64,000 nucleotides of DNA from Tubulanus polymorphus (Eukaryota; Animalia; Nemertea), in contig NC_134033.1 of NCBI RefSeq assembly GCF_964204645.1, positions 6,038,231 to 6,102,230 of the forward strand. The letters are read 5' to 3'. This document shows, one piece after another, positions 23,106 through 33,742 of this stretch; the first letter of the stretch is position 1, and every line of letters begins with the position of its first letter. The notes beneath the pieces are model-generated. The model did no database searches, was not told the DNA's origin, and was given only the letters and a program-made list of their open reading frames with translations. Made by a program: the position numbers and the translations under genes.

Positions 23106-24704
23106 TTATTTATTTTTTATCATGTTTACTAACCCAAAAATAATAGCACTTACAACTGTAATTAAAAATAAAATAATATGTTCAGCAGCAAAGTTAATAA
23201 TGTTTCCTGCAGATTTCAATATAAAACCAACAATTGACGCAATAATTCCTGGTAAAGCTGCAGCAGATTTTTTAGATAGTTCCCATAAATATTTTGCTAA
23301 TTTCTTTAAACCATCCTTAACTTTATCTTGTATAGAATTATTATCTGAGGGTTTATCCGGTTTATTGAGAGTAGGAGTAGGAGTAGATTTTAAAGCATTT
23401 GATATTGCTAAACCGATTGTTGTAAATAACATAGTTACAGCTGTTAGAATTGAAAGAATTGTTATTCCTTCTAACTTAAATAATAATCTTATTCTATCTT
23501 TCAATGATAGTTTAGAATCTGATTTTATTATTAAATCTTTAAAAATAACTTTTAATTTTTTAATATGATTAAGATCATATGATTTTAATAATGTATCTCT
23601 TTCTTCTTTCTGTAATTTTATGTTATATTCTAAATCATCTATTTCTTTTTCTAAAGCTAACTTTCTGCTTTCATAATCAGCTTCCTCTATTACTTGAAGA
23701 TTTTTATCTAATTTTAATTGTTCTAATTTTTCATTTGCAATAGCTAATTCTTTTTCTAACATGGTTATTTTAGAAAATCTCATATTGATATTAGCATTTA
23801 CATCGGCTGATTCTTGTATACCTTTAATTTCTCTACGTGTTTGTTCAGGAAATGCTTCTAATTCTTCATCAGTTAATTTAAGTAATCCTTTTTCTAGTAA
23901 AGATTGTATTCGATTTATTCCAGTTTTAGTACCGGGTGTATCTAAAACACTAATCATATCTTCTTCAAATGAATTCATTGTATCCAGTAAGTTATCTAAA
24001 CGTTTTCCTAATTGTAATTGACTTGAATCATTATCAATTTGTTGAATATCTCTTCTCGATGTTTCGGGTGTTGAAGATCTTAATTTATCTAATCGATTTG
24101 CAAAATCTTCATCAGTTTCTGGATCAATAAAAGTAGGATTTGGATTTGGATTTTTAAATGGTGAATATTTGTTTATATCAATGTTAGGAATTGGTTCTTC
24201 TTCATTTATTCTATCGATTGCATTCCATATAATTCTGAGAAATTCTGTGCCACCTTTTGAATGTTCAATTGTAGATCTTGCTAACATTACAGGTGCATAC
24301 ATATTTTCTTGTCCCATTCTAGATAATCTTAATTTTACATTTTCACCATTTATTTCAAGATTATAATACCACACATCATTTTTAAATTCTAAATTATTCA
24401 TGAAAAATGGGTCATCTTTAAAAAATTTTTCTACAACACCTTCTGAACCAATTTCATCTATTACATCTTTTGGCAATATTTCGTTTACAACTACACCTGT
24501 TATTTTAATTTTGATTTCATTTAAATTTTCACGTAATTCGGAATTAATTACATCATAATCATCATCTTCACCTAAATTAGTATTATATCCTGGCTCATTA
24601 CCATCATTAAAACTTGTTTCACTAAAATCAGGTTGTTGTTCATCAGTTATACCGGGGGTGTCACCAAAAGGATCCAATGGAATATCTTCCCAACCTTCTG
24701 CCAT
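23106..24704 (-). CDS. 532-aa acidic/coiled-coil protein with C-terminal hydrophobic and amphipathic helices (candidate membrane-penetration protein)
   Basis: Heptad-rich central region; GITILSILTAVTMLFTTIGLAI, ALPGIIASIVGFIL and IILFLITVVSAIIFGLV segments; adjacent to MCP in both copies. Confidence 0.7.
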   Translation of the reverse strand: MAEGWEDIPLDPFGDTPGITDEQQPDFSETSFNDGNEPGYNTNLGEDDDYDVINSELRENLNEIKIKITGVVVNEILPKDVIDEIGSEGVVEKFFKDDPFFMNNLEFKNDVWYYNLEINGENVKLRLSRMGQENMYAPVMLARSTIEHSKGGTEFLRIIWNAIDRINEEEPIPNIDINKYSPFKNPNPNPTFIDPETDEDFANRLDKLRSSTPETSRRDIQQIDNDSSQLQLGKRLDNLLDTMNSFEEDMISVLDTPGTKTGINRIQSLLEKGLLKLTDEELEAFPEQTRREIKGIQESADVNANINMRFSKITMLEKELAIANEKLEQLKLDKNLQVIEEADYESRKLALEKEIDDLEYNIKLQKEERDTLLKSYDLNHIKKLKVIFKDLIIKSDSKLSLKDRIRLLFKLEGITILSILTAVTMLFTTIGLAISNALKSTPTPTLNKPDKPSDNNSIQDKVKDGLKKLAKYLWELSKKSAAALPGIIASIVGFILKSAGNIINFAAEHIILFLITVVSAIIFGLVNMIKNK

Positions 24705-24720
24705 TTACATAATAAAAAAA

Positions 24721-26121
24721 TTAAAATTTAAAATATAATATTCCTCCGATTACAATTCCTATACAAGTTATAGCTAATTTAGCATTTTCATGGGATTTAT
24801 TATCATCATTTAGTTTAATTATATCATGTTGAATATTATCAGTTTTTATATTTTCTGATGTATTGTAATCTTTTATTTTAGAATCATTATTTAATTTAAT
24901 ATTTTCAGTTTTAGTTTCTGTTGATTGAATTTGTTTTTTATTTTTTTTCACCTTCCATTAATTTTGGAGCAGTAATAATCTTTTTATTTATATCATTCAA
25001 TCCAAATGAATTATTTATTGTTGCAGTTTTAATTAGATTATTATAACCAATTATATTTCCCATCTTTAATACTAAATCATTAGAAATAATAAATAGATTA
25101 GGGCCTATACAATAATTTAATCTAATATGTGATTTATCTAAATAATTTTGATATCTTGCAATGTTTTCCGGAATCGATCTATTTTTATCATTATGAATTG
25201 AATCTTCAAATAATACTTTGAATTGTTTTTGTGTATCAAATGATGTATTTAAATTTCCAATTATTGGGGATCTTGTTTCAACTTGCGCGCCTAAAATACA
25301 TATCAAATAAGTTCTAATTGATTGATTTATTCTTTGTATTCCAGCTTTAGTAAAACCTTCACTATTTTCTAAAATAAAATTAACCCAACCATCATTATTT
25401 TGTTGTTGTTTGATATAAATATAATATTTTGGTATTTCATTCCATTTAAACGTTTTTGAGTTTGTATTTTTTATTTCTTTTCTATATTCTTAAGTATAAG
25501 GGACATAAAAACCTCCGATTGGAAATGATGAATTATTCGTTGCATCCAAAGCTTTCTCTACTTTAGATAAATCTCCCCCTGTAATTGTTCCCATCTTTGA
25601 TCTAAAATCAGAATTGTTTATATCTATATTAAATTCATTTCATATTTTATAATACTTTGATAAATTAATGTTATTATCTAATTCTTTAAAATATCTAGAC
25701 CCTGGTAAAGGACACTCTAATTCATTTAATATTAATCTTATTTGAAAGTATGTATGAAATCTAAAGAGTGATAATATTAATGGTAAACTTGGTTTATTTA
25801 AATGATCATTCCAACTTATTCCGCATCCTGTTGTTGCGCAATAAACAGCAAAATTTAATTGGTTTTGCCAGAATTGCATATTTGATTTTAACATCCATAA
25901 TTTTGCTTTACTTAATTCTTTTTCAAAATTAATTTCATAAACATTGAATATATTTTCCATCTTTACATGAAAATTATTACTTTCAGTAAAATAAATATAT
26001 AAATCAATTAATGAATTTAAAACTTCATTTCTATATGTAATATCTTTATTAAAATCTATTGCTGGAATATTATATTTAATTGATTTATTATATTGGAAAG
26101 CTTTTGGAAACTATCTGCCAT
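24721..26121 (-). pseudogene. Single ~465-codon Polinton gene with C-terminal TM, broken into ORFs 25640-25960, 24938-25306 and 24721-24951
   Basis: TAAATG at 26121; in-frame stops at 25640-25642 and 25490-25492; frameshifts near 26110 and in the A-run at ~24940; FWQNQLNFAVYCATTGCG motif. Confidence 0.75.
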
Positions 26122-26137
26122 TTATATAACTAAAAAA

Positions 26138-26572
26138 TTAATAATTTATTAATTCTTTTAATAATTTATCTTGTTCCTCAACTGTTATATGGCCATTTAA
26201 ACTTATTATATAATCTAGTGTATTCTTTAATTTATAAATTTCTTTTATATTAGTTTTAATTTTTTTTTTAATACTTTTTATATTTAATTTTGAACTTATA
26301 CCAGTTAAAACACTTGATGATAATCCTAACACACCAATTGATATAGCTAAAGGTGTTAATGGACTGAATATTGCTAGAAATGTTATTACAGAACTAATTG
26401 TAACCGAACCAATTATAATCAAATAATATATAATTTTACTTTTTGAATATTTTTTCTTTTTTATCTTTAAGTCACTTTCAAATTCTAATATTTGTTTTTC
26501 TAAATATATTTTTAATTTAGTTTTATTTATATCATGAGGAATAATATCAATATTATCAACTTTATCTTCTAT
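26138..26572 (-). pseudogene. Small two-TM protein; start codon apparently mutated to ATA
   Basis: Frame is open from TAAATA at 26572 through ORF 26138-26422. Confidence 0.6.
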
Positions 26573-26592
26573 TTATTTAGCAAAAAAAATTA

Positions 26593-27026
26593 CTAATTAG
26601 TAAACTTATAAGCAACAAATATAACAATAACTGTTCCACCTAAAATCCAAATTATTTCATATTTCTTCTGTTCGTTACTTGGGGTATAATAATCTGATAA
26701 TTTAGGTTTGTATAGATGTAATTTTTCTTTATTGGTTACCGCGTTATATAAACTCATTGCATCATCAACTGATTGAAAATCTCTATGTGAAATATTGTGA
26801 TAAGTTAATTCTTTATTGATATAATCCATATAGTTTTGTCTCTTTTCTCTATATTCTTCTGCAGCTTTATTGTATTCCTCTGATGCTAAGTTATGTCTTT
26901 TTTGTTCTGATAATGAACCATTTTCAATTTCCTTCCATCAATTTTCTTGAATAAATAACTACCACCAGTAAATGCCAAAGCGTTAACAATTGCCGATCCT
27001 ATAATAGTTACAGCAGCAGAAGCCAT
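26593..27026 (-). pseudogene. Small protein with N-terminal hydrophobic helix and C-terminal TM; one frameshift
   Basis: MASAAVTIIGSAIVNALAFTGGSYLF / EQKRHNLASEEYNKAAEEYREKRQNYMDYINKEL...IIWILGGTVIVIFVAY. Confidence 0.7.
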
Positions 27027-27050
27027 TTATTTAGTAAAATAATTACGCAT

Positions 27051-27272
27051 TTATATGGGAGGAATATATTTTTGTTTTTCTAAATAATCAATAGTTAAAT
27101 TAGATAAAGTAACTGCTAATGTTAATTTTAAAATATCATTTATATCAAATCTATCAACATTAACACTTCCCATTTTGAATACTTTTTTTAATACCATTGA
27201 ATAACCAACAGTTCCAACTGATAGTAATGCTCCATTATATAATCCAGTTATTATCCACTTATTATCACTCAT
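27051..27272 (-). CDS. 73-aa hydrophobic Polinton protein
   Basis: Intact ORF with T-run/TAAATG start. Confidence 0.7.
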   Translation of the reverse strand: MSDNKWIITGLYNGALLSVGTVGYSMVLKKVFKMGSVNVDRFDINDILKLTLAVTLSNLTIDYLEKQKYIPPI

Positions 27273-27415
27273 TTATTTATAAAAAAATTACTATCATCAA
27301 AATATTTAGTTAACTTATTTATGATAAAATCAACATTTATTTCATTACTACTTTTATGATTATCATATATTTTTGTTAATATGTTTTTAATATCATCAAT
27401 AATTCCATCTTCATT

Positions 27416-27613
27416 TTATTCATAATATTCTAAAGGTGATTTAATTAAATCAATTACTTTTTTTATATCATAATTTTCTTTATTAATCATTGATGCATTG
27501 TTAAATGATTTACTTTTTATATCAGTAATTACATCATTTAGTTTAATTCTTATTTCTTTACCATGTTTAAAATCAAACCCAAAACATATACTCGGTCCAA
27601 CAGTTATATTCAT
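27416..27613 (-). CDS. Small hypothetical protein, possibly truncated by a nonsense codon
   Basis: T-run/TAAATG start; the frame stays open for ~48 codons beyond the stop. Confidence 0.5.
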   Translation of the reverse strand: MNITVGPSICFGFDFKHGKEIRIKLNDVITDIKSKSFNNASMINKENYDIKKVIDLIKSPLEYYE

Positions 27614-27629
27614 TTATATTGTGAAAAAA

Positions 27630-28388
27630 TTACTCTCTACATCTTATAACTAATTCATAAATTACAGGAAAGTTATTCAAATCAATTAAATATCCATTGT
27701 GATTTCTTATTTCTAATCTTAAATTATTAAAACGAGGAATGCATGGTTTGAAATCACATTCTGTTAAATTATAATTTATTTGCATTCCAAATTCTTTAAC
27801 ATTCTTCAATGGTAAAATGTTTAATAAACCAGAATTACAAGTTATATCTTTAGTTGCTTCGAAAGTTTGTGTAGGCTCGATTAAATTGCAATAAATATAA
27901 AAGTGTGTAAAAGGTATTATATTTGAATTACCATCTACGTTTCCTGTAACAGTATCTGGTGCAATTCCTAACAGTTTAGCTATAGGTTTTTTTACCATAA
28001 ATGCATGTTGACTTTCATCATGTAACTTTATTTTAATTTTATTTGTGCTATCACTTTTTATAAATCTAATTATAAATTTATCTTCACTTCTAATTTTCAA
28101 CCGTGCTCTTCTATTAATTTCTTGAGCTAATGTTTCTAAATTATATAATCCTGGTTTTAAAATTAGATGAAACCATTTATCTACATTTCTGATATGAATT
28201 AAAACAGTATTATCTTCAATAGTTTTATTCGTAATATTATAAAAAGAATTACATAAACTTATATTAACTAATTTTAAATCAACACAATTCTTAAATTCTC
28301 TATCTAATTGTACTAGTAAATTATGTGATTTATAATTAGTAAGTCTTCTAGAATCAACAAATATTCTGTATTTTTTTAATTCTACCAT
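27630..28388 (-). CDS. Putative minor capsid protein (penton, single jelly-roll), intact
   Basis: IFVDSR, NISLCNSFYNI, LKPGLYNL, FYIYCNLI and LRLEIRNHNGYLIDLNNFPVIYEL pattern typical of Polinton/virophage pentons. Confidence 0.8.
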   Translation of the reverse strand: MVELKKYRIFVDSRRLTNYKSHNLLVQLDREFKNCVDLKLVNISLCNSFYNITNKTIEDNTVLIHIRNVDKWFHLILKPGLYNLETLAQEINRRARLKIRSEDKFIIRFIKSDSTNKIKIKLHDESQHAFMVKKPIAKLLGIAPDTVTGNVDGNSNIIPFTHFYIYCNLIEPTQTFEATKDITCNSGLLNILPLKNVKEFGMQINYNLTECDFKPCIPRFNNLRLEIRNHNGYLIDLNNFPVIYELVIRCRE

Positions 28389-28405
28389 TTATTTTACATA
28401 TTTTC

Positions 28406-28759
28406 TTATTCGAAATCTATTTCATGGTGCCCTTTTTCATTCTTACCTTTGTATACGAAATAGAAATCTCCAGAACATAATTCTTCTAAATCTTCACTTG
28501 ATAATCTATGAAATCTATCTGGTAAATATGTTCTGAATTTAATCGTATTTCCTTTTAATCCTTCATATTCTAAGTGTATAACTAATTTATCTCCATATTT
28601 GTTAGTAACTGTATCAATATTTGTAATTAGATATTTCTTATGGATTATCAATTCTGTTAACTTCTTAAATTTATAATCTACAGATTTTACATTTGTTATA
28701 TCTTTAATTCTATCTAGAAATAATTTGTTGTTCTCACTGTGCGCTTGTTTACTCTCCCT
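28406..28759 (-). pseudogene. Small beta-rich protein downstream of pPolB (possible OB-fold ssDNA-binding protein); start apparently mutated to AGG
   Basis: FKKLTELIIHKKYLIT...VTNKYGDKLVIHL...TYLPDRF...FVYKG; frame open to 28759. Fold is inference. Confidence 0.55.
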
Positions 28760-28788
28760 TTTAATAACATATTTTTATTAAAATTTGA

Positions 28789-31700
28789 TTAAAACGTTAG
28801 AATTCTTTTCATTATCTCGTTCTCTTTTGTTTCTTCTCTTTTAAATTTTAAGTATTCATCTAAATTACAACCATAAGCAACTGTATGAATTCCATCATCT
28901 AAAATATATCTTTTATCATCAAATGGGTTTAGACTTATCTTTTCAATTTCTTCAATAAACATTTCATGATCTTCAGATCTTAAACATCTCATTTTATGTT
29001 TTCTAACTTCTTCATTGAATATACAATTGATGTAATCTTTGAAATGAATATTCTTTTCTACTACATTTTTGGTTATTCCTTTTAACTTTTTAGCTTCATG
29101 TTCTTTAGTTTTATATGAATACATTTTAGATCTAATACCGATGAATTCAATCATTTCTTCACCACCTAATTCATCTTTGAATTTACCAGGAACTTTTTTA
29201 TTATCATTGCTAAACAATTCATGATCTTTAGGATAATTACTGAAATCAAAATGATGTTTTAATGTTTTTAAATCATCAGTTATGTTATCAGTTTTTATCT
29301 TTAATATGTAACTGTCAGTATCAAAATATAATATTTCTATATGTTTTTCTCCAAAAAGTGGTTGTAATATATTATAATAGAATTCATACATTAGTAATTT
29401 TGATAATTCTAAAACTGAAGCGCCAACATAGATTGGTTTATTAAATTTCATTGATGTTCTTCTCATTTTAACTGCAGCTAAATTTTCATCAAATATTCTG
29501 TTACCAATGAACTTAGGATATGTTTGTAAATGCCTTCTCCTTTTACCATTACTAACTAACTCAATATCATTTCTATTTCTAATATTTTCACAAGTCTTAC
29601 CATAGAAAGCATTATTCATTAACTTGAATAAATCTTTCTCAAAATCAGTTTTAGCTTCAGTTCTCTGTTTGGTGTTAAAATCTATATATTTTTCTAACCA
29701 CTTAGATTGTCTAAATGAAATATATCTATGTACTTTTTTTTAGAACCATTCCTTGTTTTAGATAAAACTTTAACATTCTATAATGTACTACATAATTATA
29801 TTTATCTTCCTGAGTTACCATTAACTTTTCTGTATGAATATGATTTTCGGGTTTAATTCTTTTTTGGTAATTTGATAATTCTTCATGAGTTACAGTTTTA
29901 TGTTCGGGGCAGTATGCTAGATTTGTTGGTATTTTAAGTTGGTATTTTATCTTTTGATCTATTTGAATTTAATCTTTCTATTTCATTATTGATTTCTTCT
30001 ATTTTATGACATAACTGTTTGATAAATAAATGTGCATCATATCCTGATAGATTATGAAATATAACTGGTACAAAGTTAATTTTCTTAGCTTGTAAGTTAC
30101 AATTCTCATGTGCAGCGCCTCTAAACTTTCCATTCAAATGATCATGGTCTCTTACTTTTTTATCTTTATAATTAAATATCTTTTCACAATAATAACATTT
30201 ACCTGCAAACTCAAATGCTTCTTTATCTTCTTCTGTCATTATAATTTCTATATTTTTATTCAATAATTTACTAAATCTTATTTCATATTCAATTAATAAG
30301 TCACAAAAATGATTGATAACATTTTCATTTCTATAATGAAAATATTCACTTTCAATTAGTTCTGGATAATCAGATTTAATATATAACCCGAAAGCTGCAG
30401 CTGATTGATGAATCTTTTTAATAGTATTTGTTTTTGGTGGTTTATCTGAAAAATCATTTTCATTAGAATTTAATTTCTTTCTTTTATAATATATTTCTTT
30501 TCTATCTTGATCAGTTAATTCTTTATTTAATGATTCAAAATCTCCATATATAACAAATGGAACTTTATTTTTGTAATCATATTTTTTGAATTCTAATATT
30601 TTATCCTCTTCATTTGGTAAAACTAATTTACAATAATCATGATTTTCACATAATTGTTTATGATTTAATAATGCACTTTCATTACTGAATCTATGTAAAA
30701 ATTTTCTACATAGATATATTTTATTATCAAAATCATTTTCTGATTTAAAAAATAAATCAATTCTTTTAATCCACATATAATGATTCTCATAATATAGTAT
30801 ATCTATAACATCATTTGAATCATAATCTTTTGATAGATATAAAGGTTCAAATGTATAATGTTTTATGTTGTTACCTTTTGTATTTGGTAATTTGATTAAA
30901 TCAAATACATTTATTCTTAAATTATTATCTCTTTCTATTTTTGGGATGTTTTTAATTCTAACAGGATACTTATCTATCTTATAATTATTTTCAAATTGTT
31001 TATAATGAGTTAATCTACAAATATTATAAGTTGCAGGATGTAAACAACTTATAATTGTCCATAGAAAACATTTATCATCTTCATTTTGTACATTTGTTAC
31101 AGCATTAGTTTTAAATGGTAGTTTAATATAACTCGATGCTTTAATATCTTGTTCTTTATAATATGATACATTATTTTCATCAATTGGTTTTGATTTAGTT
31201 AACTTATTATATTTTGTGTTATAAACATGTAAAGTCATAAATATTATTTCATCAAATATTAAACCAGATCCTTCAAAATATTTCTCTTCTATTTTAGTTT
31301 TTACTTCATTATAACATTTATCTAATTTATCATCTATATGTTGTTTTGAAATAATATGTTGTGAATGAGAATTTATATTACATATTGGTTTATCTTCAGA
31401 TCTTATAAACTTTACTTTAGAACATATACTAATTTTAGGGTATTCACCATCAGTTATTATTTTTATAATATTTTTCATATTTTCTAAATGTTTTTTATTT
31501 TCTTCTAATGTTTTTCCTTTATGAAATTTAAACTCAATAGCTGCTGGACCAATATCACTTTTTAATGCTTCGGTTATCTCTATATCTTTTTTATTATCTA
31601 ATGAATTAATATAATTTCTTACATCTTCCATGTATGGTCTTTTATTGTTTAATTTATTTCTTATTCTTTTAATTGTCTTATGTTTCTTATCGTTATCATT

Positions 31701-31988
31701 ATCAAAATAATCCTCACCTAAAATATCATTATTCATATTTCTAATATGACTTTTAGATTTTAAATGTTCTTTAAAATATCTTTTATCACTGAATGATTGA
31801 TTACATGTATCACATTTGTATGTTTCTTTTTAATTCTTTAATTCATCTAATTTAGATTCTAATATATCATCTTTATATTCTAGTTTCAATTTATTCTCTA
31901 AATGTGTTTTAGTTTTATTGTGTCTTGCTTTTTGGGATTAATTTATATTGATATTACATGTTGGACAGTAGTACTTATTTGCTTCCAT
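28789..31988 (-). pseudogene. polB: Protein-primed family B DNA polymerase with N-terminal zinc fingers, putative terminal-protein/vOTU region and endonuclease VII insert; disabled
   Basis: NVQNEDDKCFLW...NHY; ExoI VIYGDFES; CYYC...VRDHDHLNGKFRGAAHENCN; ExoII FHNLSGYD; motif B KLMNNAFYGKT; motif C YFDTDS; GKFKDE; FDDKR. Nonsense near 31938, frameshifts near 31830 and 29735, and a deletion at ~29935 removing ExoIII and motif A. Confidence 0.93.
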
Positions 31989-32464
31989 TTTAATACTAAA
32001 TTTTTTATGAAAATTGATTTTAGAAGTTATTCATTTATATCTTATTCATATATATGAATATTTTAAGAGTAATAGGGAATATCTTGTTTCAGGTTAAAGG
32101 TTGAATGGTCGAGTTCATTAATAACAAATATTAAAAGTAATTTAAAACTATAATATATTTTCATAACCGTGTGTATTTCAGTTGAATATTATTATTATTA
32201 TTTGAATATATTTGATTATATGAATGTGTGTATTGTAAATAAATCAATTGGTCGCGGAGCGGGGCGGCAGCGAAGTGGAGCGACCAATTGATTTAATACA
32301 ATATGCTTTTTAAATTATTGATATCTTAGAATAAATATTTAGTTTTAATATAAAATGCACACGGTTATGAAAATATATTATGGTTTTAAATTACTTTTAA
32401 TGTTTTGTTTTTAATGAACTCGACCGTTCGACCTTTGATCTGAAACAAGATATTCCCTATTACT
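31875..32464 (-). repeat. Right terminal inverted repeat (590 bp); 32068-32464 is itself an imperfect palindrome
   Basis: Reverse complement of 8535-9121; includes the first 38 codons of pPolB. Confidence 0.95.
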
Positions 32465-32770
32465 TCCATTGAATTAGTTCAAATCTGAACACCAGGCGAG
32501 TCGTTGTCAATGCAGTACTTTTATCATATCGAACATTTTATGCGACTTGAAAATTGTTATGAGATATAAAAAATAACTTCATTTCGAGAAAAAATCAAAT
32601 AAAAGAATTTTCAAAATATGACTGGAATTGTATTTTTGACGGAGATCTTCGAAGAATATATTGATTTTATTACTACCGTACTCGCTTTTCATATCTGGAA
32701 ATAGAGTAATTTAATCTCCCAATCATACGAGATTGTATCATTAGTCGTCGAATCAAACTACGAGTCTAAA

Positions 32771-33742
32771 ATGGCTGAACAGCGAACGAACCAGACTCCA
32801 GCCAATAACGGTGAAATAAGGATTGAATATTGGGCCGTGCAGTTCGAAATCGGAGTCAAAATCCCGTTACAAGCTCGCTATGCGAGTGTTACTATATTCG
32901 GTGTGCTGTACGTCATCGGAATGGTGGGAAACGGACTGACCTTCGTGCTGATGTCATTCACGACAATGCGCCGTCATTCGTTCAGTGTCTATCTCTCCTA
33001 TCTAGCCCTGTCTGATACGCTGTTTTTGAACTGTACGATGGTTCGTTTCGCCATCTCGCTTGCGTTCAGCACTATCGAAATGTACCCGATCGTCATCGAT
33101 AGCATTATCGAGTGTAAACTAGTCGAGACTATACCGTTAGTTTTTAACATGAGCAGCTCGTGGTTCATCAGCGTTGTCTGTATGGAGAGACTGGTCGCTG
33201 TGGTTATACCGTTTATGGCTCGTCAAGTCTGCAGACGTAGCACGGCTCAAATCGTCTCTCTGTTGGTTTTTGTCGCAAGTTTCTCGTCGATGGCCTATCT
33301 CTGTTATTGCGTCAGTTATCAGTCGGGTCTCGGTTGTACGTTTTCGTGCCCGGACACGAATTACAACACGTTTTTCCTGATTATGAACGTTATTTGGCAA
33401 TATTTACCGCTCTCGATAATCGTCGTATGTAATTTGTGCATCATAATCGCACTTCGGCGATCTTCGGAGGTTTCCGGAACCGGTGGCTCGAAGGCCGAAC
33501 GTTCCCGACAAGTTACGATAATGTTACTAGTGACGTCGATCGCGTTTATAATATTCATCGCCCCTGATTCGATTTTTCATTTGATCTACCCCCAACCTGA
33601 GACTGCCGAGTTGTTGGTCATTCACGAATTTCTGTGGCTCTGGCTAATCACAAATTATACCATTAATTTGTACTTGTACGCGATAACGGGTAAAGAGGTG
33701 CGAGAGGCATTGAAAAAGATGCTTAATCTCAAGAAAAAATAA
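32771..33742 (+). CDS. Intronless class A (rhodopsin-like) GPCR, invertebrate peptide-receptor-like
   Basis: Seven hydrophobic segments; GMVGN (TM1), YLALSD (TM2), ECL1 Cys, ERLVAVVIPF (DRY variant), LP (TM5), FIIFIAP (TM6), NYTINLYLY (TM7). Confidence 0.92.
   Translation: MAEQRTNQTPANNGEIRIEYWAVQFEIGVKIPLQARYASVTIFGVLYVIGMVGNGLTFVLMSFTTMRRHSFSVYLSYLALSDTLFLNCTMVRFAISLAFSTIEMYPIVIDSIIECKLVETIPLVFNMSSSWFISVVCMERLVAVVIPFMARQVCRRSTAQIVSLLVFVASFSSMAYLCYCVSYQSGLGCTFSCPDTNYNTFFLIMNVIWQYLPLSIIVVCNLCIIIALRRSSEVSGTGGSKAERSRQVTIMLLVTSIAFIIFIAPDSIFHLIYPQPETAELLVIHEFLWLWLITNYTINLYLYAITGKEVREALKKMLNLKKK

Larger units (their letters stand above)
8535..32464. mobile_element. Full-length Polinton/Maverick (endogenous adintovirus-like element) copy B, 23,930 bp including a nested Helentron (~17.3 kb without it)
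   Basis: TIRs at both ends; 5'-AGTAATAG...CTATTACT-3' termini; identical 6-bp TSD TCCATT at 8529-8534 and 32465-32470; pPolB, integrase, ATPase, MCP and penton genes. Confidence 0.97.

Noticed and set aside
23122-24366. Plus-strand ORFs within the 532-aa gene
   Set aside because: Antisense shadows.
8535-32464. Contaminating free virus or prokaryotic contig
   Set aside because: Perfect TSD, nested host transposons, accumulated lesions and flanking host genes show genuine integration.
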